From assembly GCA_016217925.1 (NCBI GenBank), contig JACRFK010000003.1, positions 143,656 to 207,655 on the forward strand: a stretch of DNA of 64,000 bases, read 5' to 3'. This DNA is from Candidatus Kaiserbacteria bacterium. Lineage in GTDB: Bacteria > Patescibacteriota > Minisyncoccia > Phycocordibacterales > UBA2100. Below the pieces are notes generated by a model. The model was given only the letters and a program-made list of their open reading frames with translations. It was not told the origin of the DNA and ran no database searches. The first letter of the stretch is position 1, and every line of letters begins with the position of its first letter. The position numbers and the translations under genes were made by a program. Of the stretch, positions 36,640 through 48,383 are shown piece after piece.

Positions 36640-37542
36640 TTAGGCTTCGCGGGACTGGATAAGGGATGTAAGCGGCATAACCACCAACCCCTCCGCCTCA
36701 AGAATCAAGAGGCGCTCCTGCAGATAGTTCAAGTCTGCCCGTGGCACGACAACACTCACCGATACATACTTCTTATCGGCGAGCGCAGTGACCGTCGGGC
36801 TCCGAAGTGCGGGCAAGGCGGCCAACACTTCGTTAAGGTTTGTTACCGGCACATTCGCAACAAGCATGACCTTCTCCCGCGCGGCGATGACGCCGAGTAG
36901 TATTGTCTTGAACATCCCCACGGCTCTTCTGACATCGTCATCTCTGAAGGCTCCCTTATTCGCGATGAGGACGGTGCTTGTGTGCATCAGGGTTCCGATG
37001 ATGCGGAGATTGTTTGCCCGCAGGCTCTGTCCCGTTTCCGTTAGGCATACGCCATACGGATACGGATCCGGGATTTCGGATTCGATAGAACCCCGGGACG
37101 CCACTATTTCCACCTCGCAACCTATCTTCTCGAAATATGCGCGGGTCAGGCGCGGATATTCCGTGAGCACCCGGGCACCTTTTGGTATCCTAGCCGGACC
37201 ACCCGTCTGGTCCGTAACGAGAACGATTTCAGCTTTGTTCCACGTTGAACGGTTGAACAGGAGGTCCGCACACACCTCGACATCGGCGCCACTTTCGCGT
37301 ACTGAATCGAGACCGACCATGCCAAGTATGTACCTGCCCGTTTCGACCAGTTGCGGAATACGGGACTGATGAACGAACGAGGCTTTCTGAGGCCAAGTGA
37401 CACCAGTGAGCGGGATGTTGGTATCGCCTCCTCGACCGCGAAATAGTTTAATGCCGGCAACGTCGAGCAAATCCAGTGCACGCTGATGCACACTTTTAGT
37501 TGACGGAAGAAGAATGGTGGGAGGATAGAGAGTTGTGCTCAT
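36640..37542 (-). CDS. hisG: ATP phosphoribosyltransferase, long form with regulatory domain
   Basis: ETGQSLRANNL block, and the C-terminal regulatory domain. Confidence 0.7.
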   Translation of the reverse strand: MSTTLYPPTILLPSTKSVHQRALDLLDVAGIKLFRGRGGDTNIPLTGVTWPQKASFVHQSRIPQLVETGRYILGMVGLDSVRESGADVEVCADLLFNRSTWNKAEIVLVTDQTGGPARIPKGARVLTEYPRLTRAYFEKIGCEVEIVASRGSIESEIPDPYPYGVCLTETGQSLRANNLRIIGTLMHTSTVLIANKGAFRDDDVRRAVGMFKTILLGVIAAREKVMLVANVPVTNLNEVLAALPALRSPTVTALADKKYVSVSVVVPRADLNYLQERLLILEAEGLVVMPLTSLIQSREA

Positions 37543-37561
37543 TTCAGACCTCAATGTGCAC

Positions 37562-37581
37562 GTTCTGTTGTGGGACAGAAC
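37562..37581. promoter_or_regulatory. Palindrome GTTCTGT-tgtggg-ACAGAAC in the hisG 5' region, a candidate operator
   Basis: 7-nt inverted arms about 20 nt upstream of the hisG start and adjacent to the terminator of the YerC-family gene. Confidence 0.3.
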
Positions 37582-37585
37582 GCAA

Positions 37586-37605
37586 AACCCCCTCGCAAGA
37601 GGGGG
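37586..37605 (-). terminator. Terminator hairpin ccccctc-gcaa-gaggggg after the yerC-like gene
   Basis: On the minus strand it is followed by TTTTGCGTT. Confidence 0.45.
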
Positions 37606-37654
37606 CTGGTTTGATTAACGATATCGTAAGTCGTTATGAAAAAATGGAATCAAC

Positions 37655-37963
37655 TCAACCCTCTCTCGCCAGAGCTGTTGAGTGATGATGCAACTTAGCG
37701 ATAACAGAGCGATACCCGCCCTCTTTGCCGTTGAGCCACTTAGAGACCCGGGCGACCGTGGTCGAGCTGAGTCCCGTTATCTTTTCTATAGTGGAATATG
37801 GCACCTTTTTGGCGAGCATTTCCGCAGTCTGGAACCGTTTGGAGAATTCTTCTATCTCATCGGGCGTGAGCAAATCGCGCAAAAAGCGCCGCGCTTCGTC
37901 CGGCGTTTTGAGCGTGAGCAGCGCCCGTACCAACTGTTTATATTTGGGCTTATTCCAGTCCAT
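37655..37963 (-). CDS. TrpR-like YerC/YecD family protein
   Basis: 102 aa. The HTH region STIEKITGLSSTTVARVSKWL is typical of the family. Confidence 0.75.
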   Translation of the reverse strand: MDWNKPKYKQLVRALLTLKTPDEARRFLRDLLTPDEIEEFSKRFQTAEMLAKKVPYSTIEKITGLSSTTVARVSKWLNGKEGGYRSVIAKLHHHSTALAREG

Positions 37964-38072
37964 CAGGACACTTTACTCTAGTGGAGTGCTTTTGTAAACC
38001 TCCCGATTTGTCCACGCGCAGCGTGGCTACAAATCGCAGTCCCCTTGGGGGATAAAGCTGTGGATAGCGACG

Positions 38073-38582
38073 TCATCCTCTATGCCGTTCGATCTCCGTG
38101 CGAATACGTTTGAGATCGGTGCCCTGCTTCATGCGCTCAAGTTCGGGGTTGGCTTCCATCGGGACCTGGAGATGCTGCGCGACCTTCTCGAGCATGACGA
38201 GGAGCATTGTTATTTCCTCCTCCGCGCGCACGTCAATTTCGGTATCGATTTGATCTCGGATGTCCTCCATCTTGCTTTGCCGGTTCTGTGCCATGAGTAC
38301 GATTACCGAGAGCACTATCGCTTCGAGGGAGACTACCATCGTGAGGAGGTTGAACGGATACGGATCGAATATGCCGATGCCGGGTATGTCGCCGAGATTG
38401 ATGAGTATCCACAGAGCAAAAACAGCGACATTGGCGAGGAGAAAAGGCACCGTCCCAAATCTAAGCGTGAGAAATTCAGCGAGGCTATCCGTCCAAGTCC
38501 GCCGCATATACAATCGCGACTTTATTTCTTCACGGATCCTTTTTTGTCGGATTCTAGTGCCCGTTTCAGATATTTTATCCAT
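38073..38582 (-). CDS. DUF1003 family membrane protein
   Basis: FDPYPFNLL and QNRQ blocks within two TM helices, followed by a C-terminal coiled coil. Confidence 0.65.
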   Translation of the reverse strand: MDKISETGTRIRQKRIREEIKSRLYMRRTWTDSLAEFLTLRFGTVPFLLANVAVFALWILINLGDIPGIGIFDPYPFNLLTMVVSLEAIVLSVIVLMAQNRQSKMEDIRDQIDTEIDVRAEEEITMLLVMLEKVAQHLQVPMEANPELERMKQGTDLKRIRTEIERHRG

Positions 38583-38599
38583 ATCGGACCAGTATACCT

Positions 38600-38983
38600 C
38601 TATGGGAAAACATTTCTTTCAGCAACGGGGGTGACGGGTTTGTTCATGAGCGCGAGCGCGAGCGCGGTAGCTGCGATAGAGAGGTCCCGAAAAACGACGA
38701 CGAAATCTTGCCGATCGGTAATGACTATCATGAGGAGGATGGCCGTCGCCGCAAGTGAAGGCCAGAAGATATTCTTGCCCCAGAGGATCCAGAGCGCGAG
38801 CGTCACCTCAACAAGCCCAAACCCATGCAAAAGCACCATGTCGGGGACGTACCCGCGCGTGAACGCGGGAAAATAGCCGATCCAGTCGAGCGGGTTGAAC
38901 ACAGCAGCGATGGGTGGATACAAGAAAGCGAACGCTACTCCAGCGCGCAGCACGAAATTCGCGAGATGAGCTCGTTCCATCAT
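38600..38983 (-). CDS. Hypothetical membrane protein, 4 TM helices
   Basis: Hydrophobic 127-aa ORF with no family assignment. Confidence 0.45.
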   Translation of the reverse strand: MMERAHLANFVLRAGVAFAFLYPPIAAVFNPLDWIGYFPAFTRGYVPDMVLLHGFGLVEVTLALWILWGKNIFWPSLAATAILLMIVITDRQDFVVVFRDLSIAATALALALMNKPVTPVAERNVFP

Positions 38984-38992
38984 ATGCCGATA

Positions 38993-40819
38993 TTATACCC
39001 TTATAGTACCGAGGACTTTTTTGGCGATGGCAGATGCCGAGATTCCTTCGTATGCCAAGAGTTCTTCCGGTTTGCCGCTGTGCGGCATTTTTTCCACCGC
39101 AAGACAGAGTACTTTCCCGGCGGATTGCGCGAGCGCGCGAGCGACGGCCTCCCCCAGCCCCCCTTCGATATGATGGTCTTCTACCGTGATGATGGTCCCC
39201 GTTTCCTTTGCGGCCTTCCTCAACGTCTTCACATCGAGTGGCTTCACGCTGTAGAGATCGACGACACGCACATTGATACCCTCCTTTTTCAATATCGCAT
39301 GTGCGGCAAGCGCCTCGTGGAGCGTGATGCCGGCCGCGACGATGGTCGCGGCGTCCTTTGCACTCCTGCGCAGCACCTTGCTTCCACCGATGGGAAACTT
39401 TTCGTCGTTGTCATACAAAATAGGGGTTGCCTGGCGAGTTGTACGGATATAGATTACGCCTTTGTGTCCCGCGGCGGCTTCCGTCAATTTGTCGCAGGAA
39501 ACCGCATCAGACGGATACAGAACGGAACTTCCTAGTACGCTTCTGAACATCGCGATATCTTCGAGTCCCATCTGCGAAGCACCGTCTTCTCCGATGGATA
39601 CACCCGCATGAGAACCAGCACATATCATGTGCGCACCGGCGTACTGCGCCATCCGTATCTGGTCATATGCGCGCGAAAGAAAAGCCGAAAAGGTCGAGAT
39701 GAAGGGAATCTTGCCGCGCCGCCACATCCCGAGCGCGACGCCTGCCATATTCTGTTCGGCAATGAACATCTCAAAAAAATCCTTCGGATACGTGCTCTTG
39801 AAACCGTCCGCATACGTGGAATTGCTCACTTCGGCATCGAGGACCGCCATGTGCGGGTATTTCGCACGGATACGCACGAGCGCGTTGCCGTATGCCTTTC
39901 TCGTCGCGACTTTATCTTCCTTCTTGTACGAAACGGGCCCAGACGCACGCACCGGCTGCTGCTTTTGCTTTCGCGTAGATGGTTTTTTGAGCTGCGCTGT
40001 CTCTCCTCTCTCGATGCGGCCCAATTCAAGAAGCGCTTTTTCGAGCTCCTCTTTTTTTAGTGCTTTGCCGTGCCAATCCGGCTTGTTCTCAAGGAACGAG
40101 ATGCCTGCGCCCTTAAAAGTTTTTGCGATTATCATCGTGGGCTTTCCTTTGACGCGCAACGCTTTTTGAAATGCCGCTTTAATTTCTCCGAGCGAATGAC
40201 CGTCTACAACGACGATTTCCCATCCGAATGCTTTGCACTTGCGGGCGTAGGCTTGCACATCGTGCCCGTGCATCGTTTCTCTGCTCTGTCCCAGCCTGTT
40301 CACATCGATAATGCCGACGAGATTGTCGAGCTCGTAGTAAGCCGCCGATTGCATCGCTTCCCACACCGAGCCTTCGGCCATTTCGCTGTCACCTAAAAGC
40401 ACGTATGTTTTGAAGGGGAGTCTGTCGCGCTTCGCCACGAGGCTCATACCGACACCGACGGAGAGTCCCTGCCCGAGCGAGCCGGTCGGCACTTCGGTAA
40501 AAGGAAATTCCATGGTGGGGTGGCCTTCGAGCCGCGAGCCAAATTTCCGCAAGGTGTTGAGCTCCTTTTTCGGGATACCGCCGGCTACCGCCCACAGCGC
40601 ATAGAAAAGCGGTGAAGCGTGCCCTTTCGAGAAAATGAGTCGGTCATTGTTATGGTACTGCGGGTGCTTCACGTCGAAGCGGAAAAATCCGCCGAAGAAA
40701 AGCGCCGTCATCAGATCCGTCGCCGAGAGCGACGAGGTCGGATGTCCCGACCCGGCGGCGGTCGAGGAGGTGAGGATGTGATGCCGTATCAACGCCGCAA
40801 GCCGTTCCAGTGTTGGCAT
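38993..40819 (-). CDS. tkt: Transketolase
   Basis: ThDP-binding N-terminus GSGHPTSSLSATDL...SKGHASP, pyrimidine-binding domain and C-terminal domain. The likely start MPTLERLAALI avoids the gpmA overlap. Confidence 0.85.
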   Translation of the reverse strand: MPTLERLAALIRHHILTSSTAAGSGHPTSSLSATDLMTALFFGGFFRFDVKHPQYHNNDRLIFSKGHASPLFYALWAVAGGIPKKELNTLRKFGSRLEGHPTMEFPFTEVPTGSLGQGLSVGVGMSLVAKRDRLPFKTYVLLGDSEMAEGSVWEAMQSAAYYELDNLVGIIDVNRLGQSRETMHGHDVQAYARKCKAFGWEIVVVDGHSLGEIKAAFQKALRVKGKPTMIIAKTFKGAGISFLENKPDWHGKALKKEELEKALLELGRIERGETAQLKKPSTRKQKQQPVRASGPVSYKKEDKVATRKAYGNALVRIRAKYPHMAVLDAEVSNSTYADGFKSTYPKDFFEMFIAEQNMAGVALGMWRRGKIPFISTFSAFLSRAYDQIRMAQYAGAHMICAGSHAGVSIGEDGASQMGLEDIAMFRSVLGSSVLYPSDAVSCDKLTEAAAGHKGVIYIRTTRQATPILYDNDEKFPIGGSKVLRRSAKDAATIVAAGITLHEALAAHAILKKEGINVRVVDLYSVKPLDVKTLRKAAKETGTIITVEDHHIEGGLGEAVARALAQSAGKVLCLAVEKMPHSGKPEELLAYEGISASAIAKKVLGTIRV

Positions 40820-40872
40820 AAAAAGCCACAGTACCACAACCGCAGGGCAAATAAAACCGACCCTAAGAATCT

Positions 40873-41505
40873 TCAAATCCTCAGTTTTTCCGGATTCGTC
40901 GCACGTATCTCTTTGTGAGTGACCTTCCCGTCCGCATCGATTTTGTAGCAATACACTTCCCCGAAACCTATCTCGAGTTCGTGGACCTTATCATCGGCGA
41001 TATTATCAAGATGCTTCACGAGAGCCCTAAGCGAATTGCCGTGAGCGACCACGAGCACATTGTGTCCGGCGAGAAGCTGGGGGTGGATGTGTTGCTCATA
41101 GTAAGGGATAACGCGACCATGCACATCTTTCAGATTTTCACCGTTCAAAATCACGGTATCCCAACCGCGACGGATATCGTGGAACGCTTTTTCTCCCAGC
41201 TCGTCTCTCACCTGCCACTTATCCTTGCCGGTGTGTATACCGTAGTCGCGCTCGTTTAACGCGGCATGAACGTTCGCTTCAAGATCGTGCCTGTTCAACG
41301 TCTTTTTAATCTCGTGCAGCGTCTGGTGTGCGCGCTTTAGCTTTGAAACGTGTGCTTTGTGAATGTCGATATCCCGTAATGCTTCCCCCATGCGTCGTGC
41401 GTCTTCTATCCCCTCCGAGGCAAGATCAACGTCCGTGAGCCCCGTCCACTTGCCGAGCTTGTTCCACTCCGATGTGCCGTGCCTAACCAAAATGAGGTAT
41501 GCCAT
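40873..41505 (-). CDS. gpmA: 2,3-bisphosphoglycerate-dependent phosphoglycerate mutase
   Basis: LVRHGTSEWN motif with catalytic His. Confidence 0.8.
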   Translation of the reverse strand: MAYLILVRHGTSEWNKLGKWTGLTDVDLASEGIEDARRMGEALRDIDIHKAHVSKLKRAHQTLHEIKKTLNRHDLEANVHAALNERDYGIHTGKDKWQVRDELGEKAFHDIRRGWDTVILNGENLKDVHGRVIPYYEQHIHPQLLAGHNVLVVAHGNSLRALVKHLDNIADDKVHELEIGFGEVYCYKIDADGKVTHKEIRATNPEKLRI

Positions 41506-41513
41506 TTGAAGTA

Positions 41514-43411
<1,898 letters not shown>

Positions 43412-43418
43412 TTATATA

Positions 43419-44702
43419 TTAAAGTTTCAAGTTTTCCGCCTCTGCCTCCTGTGTCTTCAGTCCTACGCTCTCGGAGATAGTACGCAACCAGTCCGTCTGT
43501 AGGAGTGTGCGCGCCGCATAGACGGCGGCGGCCATCGCGGCGATGCCGCCTATTGCCAGGCCCCATCGCGGCCCGATGTATTCCCCGGTCAATCCGACGA
43601 ACGGAGCGCCCACGAGTGTCGAGCCGAAAATGGCCATGGACCACAACGACATGACGCGCCCGCGCATATGCGGCGAGGCGGCGAGCTGTATCATCGTGTT
43701 GCCGAGCGAGGTCAGGTTGATGGAGAAAAATCCGACAAACACCATGCCGACAATCGCAAGCGAAAGCGTGGGCATGCTCGCGGTCACCGCGATGGAAAGA
43801 CCGAAGAAAAATGCCGACGCGACGAATTCGTGCGGTGCGATCTGTTTGCGGCTGGCGGCAAAGAGCCCGCCTGCCACCGAGCCCGCACCCATCGCGGAGA
43901 GCAACGCCGCATAATCTGCGGCGGCACCGGCGAAGGTACCCTGCGCGAGGAGCGGCAGGCTCACCTGAAATTCGTACGATAAGGTCCCGATGACGGCCAT
44001 GGCGATAAGTACCGTCTTGATGACGGGTACCGAAGCCGCATACGAAATGCTTTCGAGAAGATGCCCGCGCGGTTTTTCTTCCCGTTCCTCCGTATGCATA
44101 TCCTTTTTGTCCATGAGGAGAAGCATGGCGATGAGTGCGATGAATGAGATCGAATTGGCAAGAAAGCAGAATGCGATACCGACCGTCGCGATGAGAGTAC
44201 CCGCTATCATCGGGCCTACCGCGCGCGCGACGTTTGCCTCGGTGGCGTTCAGCGTAACGGCATTGCGAAGATTGTCGCGCCCGACCATTTCGTGGACAAA
44301 GGTCTGACGCGTCGGATTGTCTATCACGTCGACGAGGCCAAGCGCCATGGCAAAAATAAAAAACATCCACGTCTGGATAAAATCCGTATAGACGAGGATC
44401 GCGAGCGCGAATGCGAGCACGGCAAAGCTTGATTGTGTGATAAAAAGAATGCGGCGTTTATCAAATCTGTCCACAATGATCCCTGCAAAAGGGCCGCCCA
44501 ACAGCATCGGCATAAAGCGGAACGCGAGTACCGTGCCGAGCGCGGTTCCCGAACCGGTGAGCTGCAGCACGAGCCAACTGAGGCCCACCGTCTGCATCCA
44601 ATTGCCCACATGCGAGAATCCCTGCCCTATGAAATAGAGCCGGTAGTTTGGCACCTTGAGCGACGAGAACGTTTGTGTGCTGAATTCTTTTAGTGCTTCC
44701 AT
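43419..44702 (-). CDS. MFS transporter
   Basis: 427 aa with 12 predicted TM helices. Confidence 0.8.
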   Translation of the reverse strand: MEALKEFSTQTFSSLKVPNYRLYFIGQGFSHVGNWMQTVGLSWLVLQLTGSGTALGTVLAFRFMPMLLGGPFAGIIVDRFDKRRILFITQSSFAVLAFALAILVYTDFIQTWMFFIFAMALGLVDVIDNPTRQTFVHEMVGRDNLRNAVTLNATEANVARAVGPMIAGTLIATVGIAFCFLANSISFIALIAMLLLMDKKDMHTEEREEKPRGHLLESISYAASVPVIKTVLIAMAVIGTLSYEFQVSLPLLAQGTFAGAAADYAALLSAMGAGSVAGGLFAASRKQIAPHEFVASAFFFGLSIAVTASMPTLSLAIVGMVFVGFFSINLTSLGNTMIQLAASPHMRGRVMSLWSMAIFGSTLVGAPFVGLTGEYIGPRWGLAIGGIAAMAAAVYAARTLLQTDWLRTISESVGLKTQEAEAENLKL

Positions 44703-44817
44703 ATAATAGAGGGGTCAGGATACCCCATGAGATAGGGCCGAAAACGACGTTGCAACTTCTCACCCTTCGTCATCTCACGGGGTAAACCTGATTGTATCGC
44801 ACCTCCCGCGGGTGCGA

Positions 44818-45099
44818 TCACGCTTTTGGGGTGGGATTACTGTCGTCTTCGTCAAGGGGTCCGATGATGCCGAGGATCCATTTTTCTATCTTTTCGAGCG
44901 CGGCGTGGATCTTTGGGTAGCGCACAGTGTGCACTATCGCCCATGCGCGGAAACGCGGAGAAGAGATAGAGATGAGGATGAGGCCGATAGCGAAGAAAAG
45001 GAATCCTTGAAGGATCGGGAGCGCAAAGCCAAGGAGCCCAAGCAGGATAAAGACGATGGCAGCCAGAACTACAAGAACGCGTTTGAACTCTCTGTTCAT
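44818..45099 (-). CDS. YbaN/DUF454 family inner membrane protein
   Basis: GLLGFALPILQG...SSPRFRAW, which matches the YbaN SSPRF block. Confidence 0.55.
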   Translation of the reverse strand: MNREFKRVLVVLAAIVFILLGLLGFALPILQGFLFFAIGLILISISSPRFRAWAIVHTVRYPKIHAALEKIEKWILGIIGPLDEDDSNPTPKA

Positions 45100-45351
45100 T
45101 CCGCTGAGTGTACACCAGAGTTTCCGCGCGGTCAGCTACCGTTCATCGGCTTTATAGATACACTTGATACACTGGGTCTGTTTGTCACGGGTCTTGATGT
45201 ACTTGTTACCGCATGCGCACACGGGGACGTGCGTCAAAAAAGGTTTTTCTACCCATTTACCATGCCTCTGAAATGTCTTCGAGGGAAGGTTCATGCCTGC
45301 AACAATACCACGTCTTGAGACAAAAATCAAATGGCATGCTATATATTCGTA

Positions 45352-46599
45352 ATGTCGGCTGGAAAAACGAAATACGATGTCATTGTGATAGGCGGCGGAG
45401 CTTCCGGAATGATGGCCGCAGGCCGCGCTGCGGAGCGCGGCAAATCCGTCGTGCTGCTCGAGAAAAATCCCGCGGTCGGTAAGAAACTGGATATCACGGG
45501 TGGCGGTCGCTGCAACATCACCAACGCCGAATTCGACCGGCATGCCTTCGCCAAGCACTACGGCGCTTCGGAGCAATTTCTTTATTCTCCCCTCTCCCAA
45601 TTCGGCGTGCAGGACACTTTTGATTTCTTTACGAAGCGCGGGCTTCCGCTCGTCGTCGAGGCACGCAAGCGCGCCTTTCCTGAATCGCAGAAATCTCCCG
45701 ACGTGACGCGTGTGATGAAAAAATACCTGGCCGATGCGGGGGTGACCGTCCTCACTCACTCAGCGGTGCTCGGTCTGACTTGTATTGGTAATCGCATCAC
45801 TGAAGTACTGACAAAGAAGGGCGTGTTTGCGGCTGATGCATTCGTCATTGCGACGGGCGGCGTATCGCATCCCGAGACCGGTTCGACGGGCGACGGTTTC
45901 AGGTGGCTCGCGGAGCTCGGACACACGGTCCATCCCCCCACTCCAACCATCGTGCCTCTCAAGACGGCCGAAAAATGGGTGAAATCGCTTGCAGGCATTT
46001 CGCTCGCGGCTATGAAAATCACATTTTTTGCCGACGGCAAGCGAGCGTTTTCCAAAAAAGGCGGACTGCTCTTCACGCACTTTGGGCTTTCAGGACCGCT
46101 CATATTGAACAGTGCAAGCGCTGTTGCGGAATTGTTTAAAGAGGCAGACGTAACCGCGACCATCGACCTTTATCCTGATATGGATTTCGCCGCGCTTGAA
46201 AAATTAGTCATCACGAAAATCGAGGCCAACAAGAACAAAGATTTTAAGAATGTCCTTGCGGATATACTGCCGCCCGGCATGGCAAAAGCGATTCCCCAAC
46301 TTTTCACGCTGTCCGAAGCCGGGGTCAAAGCTCATAGCCTGACCAAAGAGGAACGTAAGCGACTAATTCATATTCTGAAAGCCGCGCCACTCACGATAAC
46401 GGGCCTCATGGGATTCGACAGGGCGGTCATCTCTGACGGCGGCGTGCCGCTCACCGAAGTGGACACGCGCACGATGCGCTCGCTCAAAATCAACAATCTC
46501 TATCTCACGGGCGACATACTCCACATCAACCGCCCGTCGGGCGGCTACTCGCTGCAGCTGTGCTGGACCACCGGCTTCGTCGCAGGCAACAGCATTTAA
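45352..46599 (+). CDS. FAD-dependent oxidoreductase, HI0933/aminoacetone oxidase-like family
   Basis: N-terminal dinucleotide-binding fold YDVIVIGGGASGMMAAGRAAERG, and the GGGRCNITN motif. Confidence 0.8.
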   Translation: MSAGKTKYDVIVIGGGASGMMAAGRAAERGKSVVLLEKNPAVGKKLDITGGGRCNITNAEFDRHAFAKHYGASEQFLYSPLSQFGVQDTFDFFTKRGLPLVVEARKRAFPESQKSPDVTRVMKKYLADAGVTVLTHSAVLGLTCIGNRITEVLTKKGVFAADAFVIATGGVSHPETGSTGDGFRWLAELGHTVHPPTPTIVPLKTAEKWVKSLAGISLAAMKITFFADGKRAFSKKGGLLFTHFGLSGPLILNSASAVAELFKEADVTATIDLYPDMDFAALEKLVITKIEANKNKDFKNVLADILPPGMAKAIPQLFTLSEAGVKAHSLTKEERKRLIHILKAAPLTITGLMGFDRAVISDGGVPLTEVDTRTMRSLKINNLYLTGDILHINRPSGGYSLQLCWTTGFVAGNSI

Positions 46600-46607
46600 A
46601 AGTCCCC

Positions 46608-46637
46608 GAAGCACAGAGAACCGACCTATGTGCTTTT
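46608..46637. repeat. Hairpin repeat (REP-like bidirectional terminator), copy 1, inverted orientation
   Basis: gaagcacaGAGAACCGACCTAtgtgctttt. Stem aaaagcaca/tgtgctttt with a 13-nt loop. Lies between the convergent oxidoreductase and collagen-like genes. Confidence 0.6.
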
Positions 46638-46646
46638 CCAGTTGGT

Positions 46647-47426
46647 TTACCGAACTTCAAGAGGCCACGCTAGAGGTAAGGTAAATGGTAAAGGAATTTC
46701 CTCCAGTGGAAGTATGGCCCCAACACCAGAAAGCTCATTTCTACATCCGGAAGAATCCAAAGTGGAGAGTGGCTGTTGTCCAGTAACTGTTTCTCCGTTA
46801 TTACTCTTGAAGAGTCTGCCGTCCACGACTCCACCTGCTTGCGGATTCATACCACCGCTTTGTCTGTATGGTATACCACTACAGTTCTGCTGAAGAAAAT
46901 ATAGGGAGAAACCTGGTCCAACATCAACCCTTGCAGTAGGAGCAGGATTTTGTTCAAAAGATAGAAATATTTCTTGAGAAGGAAAATAAGTAACAAAGTC
47001 GATAGCCCTCGAGTCGGCATTGACTAGGGTGCCAAGATCTTGTCCGCTTGCGTCATAAAGGTGAAGTGTGCTACCGGAATTACCTTTATCACCCGTGTCA
47101 CCTTTGGGACCCTGTTCGCCTGTGTCTCCTTTGTCGCCTTGGATTCCCTGTGATCCGGCATCACCCTTATCACCCTTTGGGCCCGTGGGCCCCTGAATAC
47201 CCTGCGGTCCTTGAGGTCCGGATACGTTCCACGAAAGTGGCTTGTCCTTCCCATGACATTTCTTAAAGAGAAAACCATCACCGATTACATATACCAATCC
47301 CGCCCCGTTTACACAGGCAGATATTGAAGTTCCGGCGGCTAGAGAAAAGCTCCAGAATCCTAGAGAAATTATGGTAATCGCCAATATCAAAATAGAGGTT
47401 CCTACCCATGCAGTGTTCGTTTTCAT
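46647..47426 (-). CDS. Collagen-like triple-helix repeat protein with signal peptide and a C-terminal globular domain
   Basis: About 20 uninterrupted G-X-Y triplets: GPQGPQGIQGPTGPKGDKGDAGSQGIQGDKGDTGEQGPKGDTGDKGNSGS. N-terminal signal/TM segment. Local GC about 45%. Confidence 0.7.
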   Translation of the reverse strand: MKTNTAWVGTSILILAITIISLGFWSFSLAAGTSISACVNGAGLVYVIGDGFLFKKCHGKDKPLSWNVSGPQGPQGIQGPTGPKGDKGDAGSQGIQGDKGDTGEQGPKGDTGDKGNSGSTLHLYDASGQDLGTLVNADSRAIDFVTYFPSQEIFLSFEQNPAPTARVDVGPGFSLYFLQQNCSGIPYRQSGGMNPQAGGVVDGRLFKSNNGETVTGQQPLSTLDSSGCRNELSGVGAILPLEEIPLPFTLPLAWPLEVR

Positions 47427-47484
47427 AGTAGACCAACAATACGCTCATTAGGGCGGCTAGCAAGCCACACATTCCAGAGGTTTA

Positions 47485-47515
47485 AAAAGCACATAGGTCG
47501 GTTCTCTGTGCTTTT
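47485..47515. repeat. Hairpin repeat, copy 2
   Basis: aaaagcacaTAGGTCGGTTCTCtgtgctttt. Lies between the PKD gene stop and the collagen-like gene start. Confidence 0.6.
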
Positions 47516-47532
47516 CGGCCCTTTCCCGTCTT

Positions 47533-48306
47533 TTATCTCGATGTGTCGACCAGTAGAACGCCTGTCGCAAGTACGAGGGCGATTCTCGCGTCGGAGATGA
47601 TGACGGTGTAGGTGCCGTTTTCTAATTTGACGCCTGCGTCAGCAACCGTCGCGGACCAACGACCGCCCACGACCAAAAATCCTCCCGAATACCGCCACAC
47701 GTAGTCCTGTGAAGCCTTGTCTATCGGCGAAGGCACGGTCACGCGGCCTTTCTTTATCCGCACTTCGATATCGGCGTTCTGGACTGTGCCCGAAAGCGTC
47801 GGATTAGCGGAATTCGTCGTAAGGGATTTTTGGTCAATCGTCGCAAAAGCGCTACCTGCCGTCGGTTTATAAACGGTAAATGTTACCCATTTCCCTGTTC
47901 CCTGCCATTCCGAACTGTTCCCCGCGCCTTTTCCAATCAGTTGAGCAGAGTAAACGCCCGGCATCGTGTACGCGTGAGTGACGCGGCACAACGAATCAGT
48001 GGGTCCTGCGAGAGGAGTACAAGTCATTGTGCCGAAGCCGGTCCCATCGCCAAAGTCGACAGCGAATGTCCCGGCGAGAGCGGCGGTGCGCTGTTGAAAT
48101 ACAACACTCAGTGGCGCAAGTCCCGATATAGGCGACGCTGTAAATGTTGGTGAAGGCGTGACGACGCTCTCGGTTTGCAGTTGTTGCAACTTGGCTAGGA
48201 TCGACTGTATTTGGGCTTGCAAATCGCTCACCATATCAGCCGACGCAACGACCGGTGATGCGAGGAGAAGTACACTGAGACTGGCGAATGCAAGCTTTCG
48301 AATCAT
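47533..48306 (-). CDS. Secreted protein with PKD-like domain
   Basis: Signal peptide MIRKLAFASLSVLLLASPVVASA. PKD-type motifs PLSVVFQ and FAVDFGDGTG. Confidence 0.65.
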   Translation of the reverse strand: MIRKLAFASLSVLLLASPVVASADMVSDLQAQIQSILAKLQQLQTESVVTPSPTFTASPISGLAPLSVVFQQRTAALAGTFAVDFGDGTGFGTMTCTPLAGPTDSLCRVTHAYTMPGVYSAQLIGKGAGNSSEWQGTGKWVTFTVYKPTAGSAFATIDQKSLTTNSANPTLSGTVQNADIEVRIKKGRVTVPSPIDKASQDYVWRYSGGFLVVGGRWSATVADAGVKLENGTYTVIISDARIALVLATGVLLVDTSR

Positions 48307-48383
48307 GAATGAAATGACGCTAAGGTAATATGAAAATGCTAACACCAGTTTCCCAATTGTCTATGACGTTCGGTGTTGTTCGA

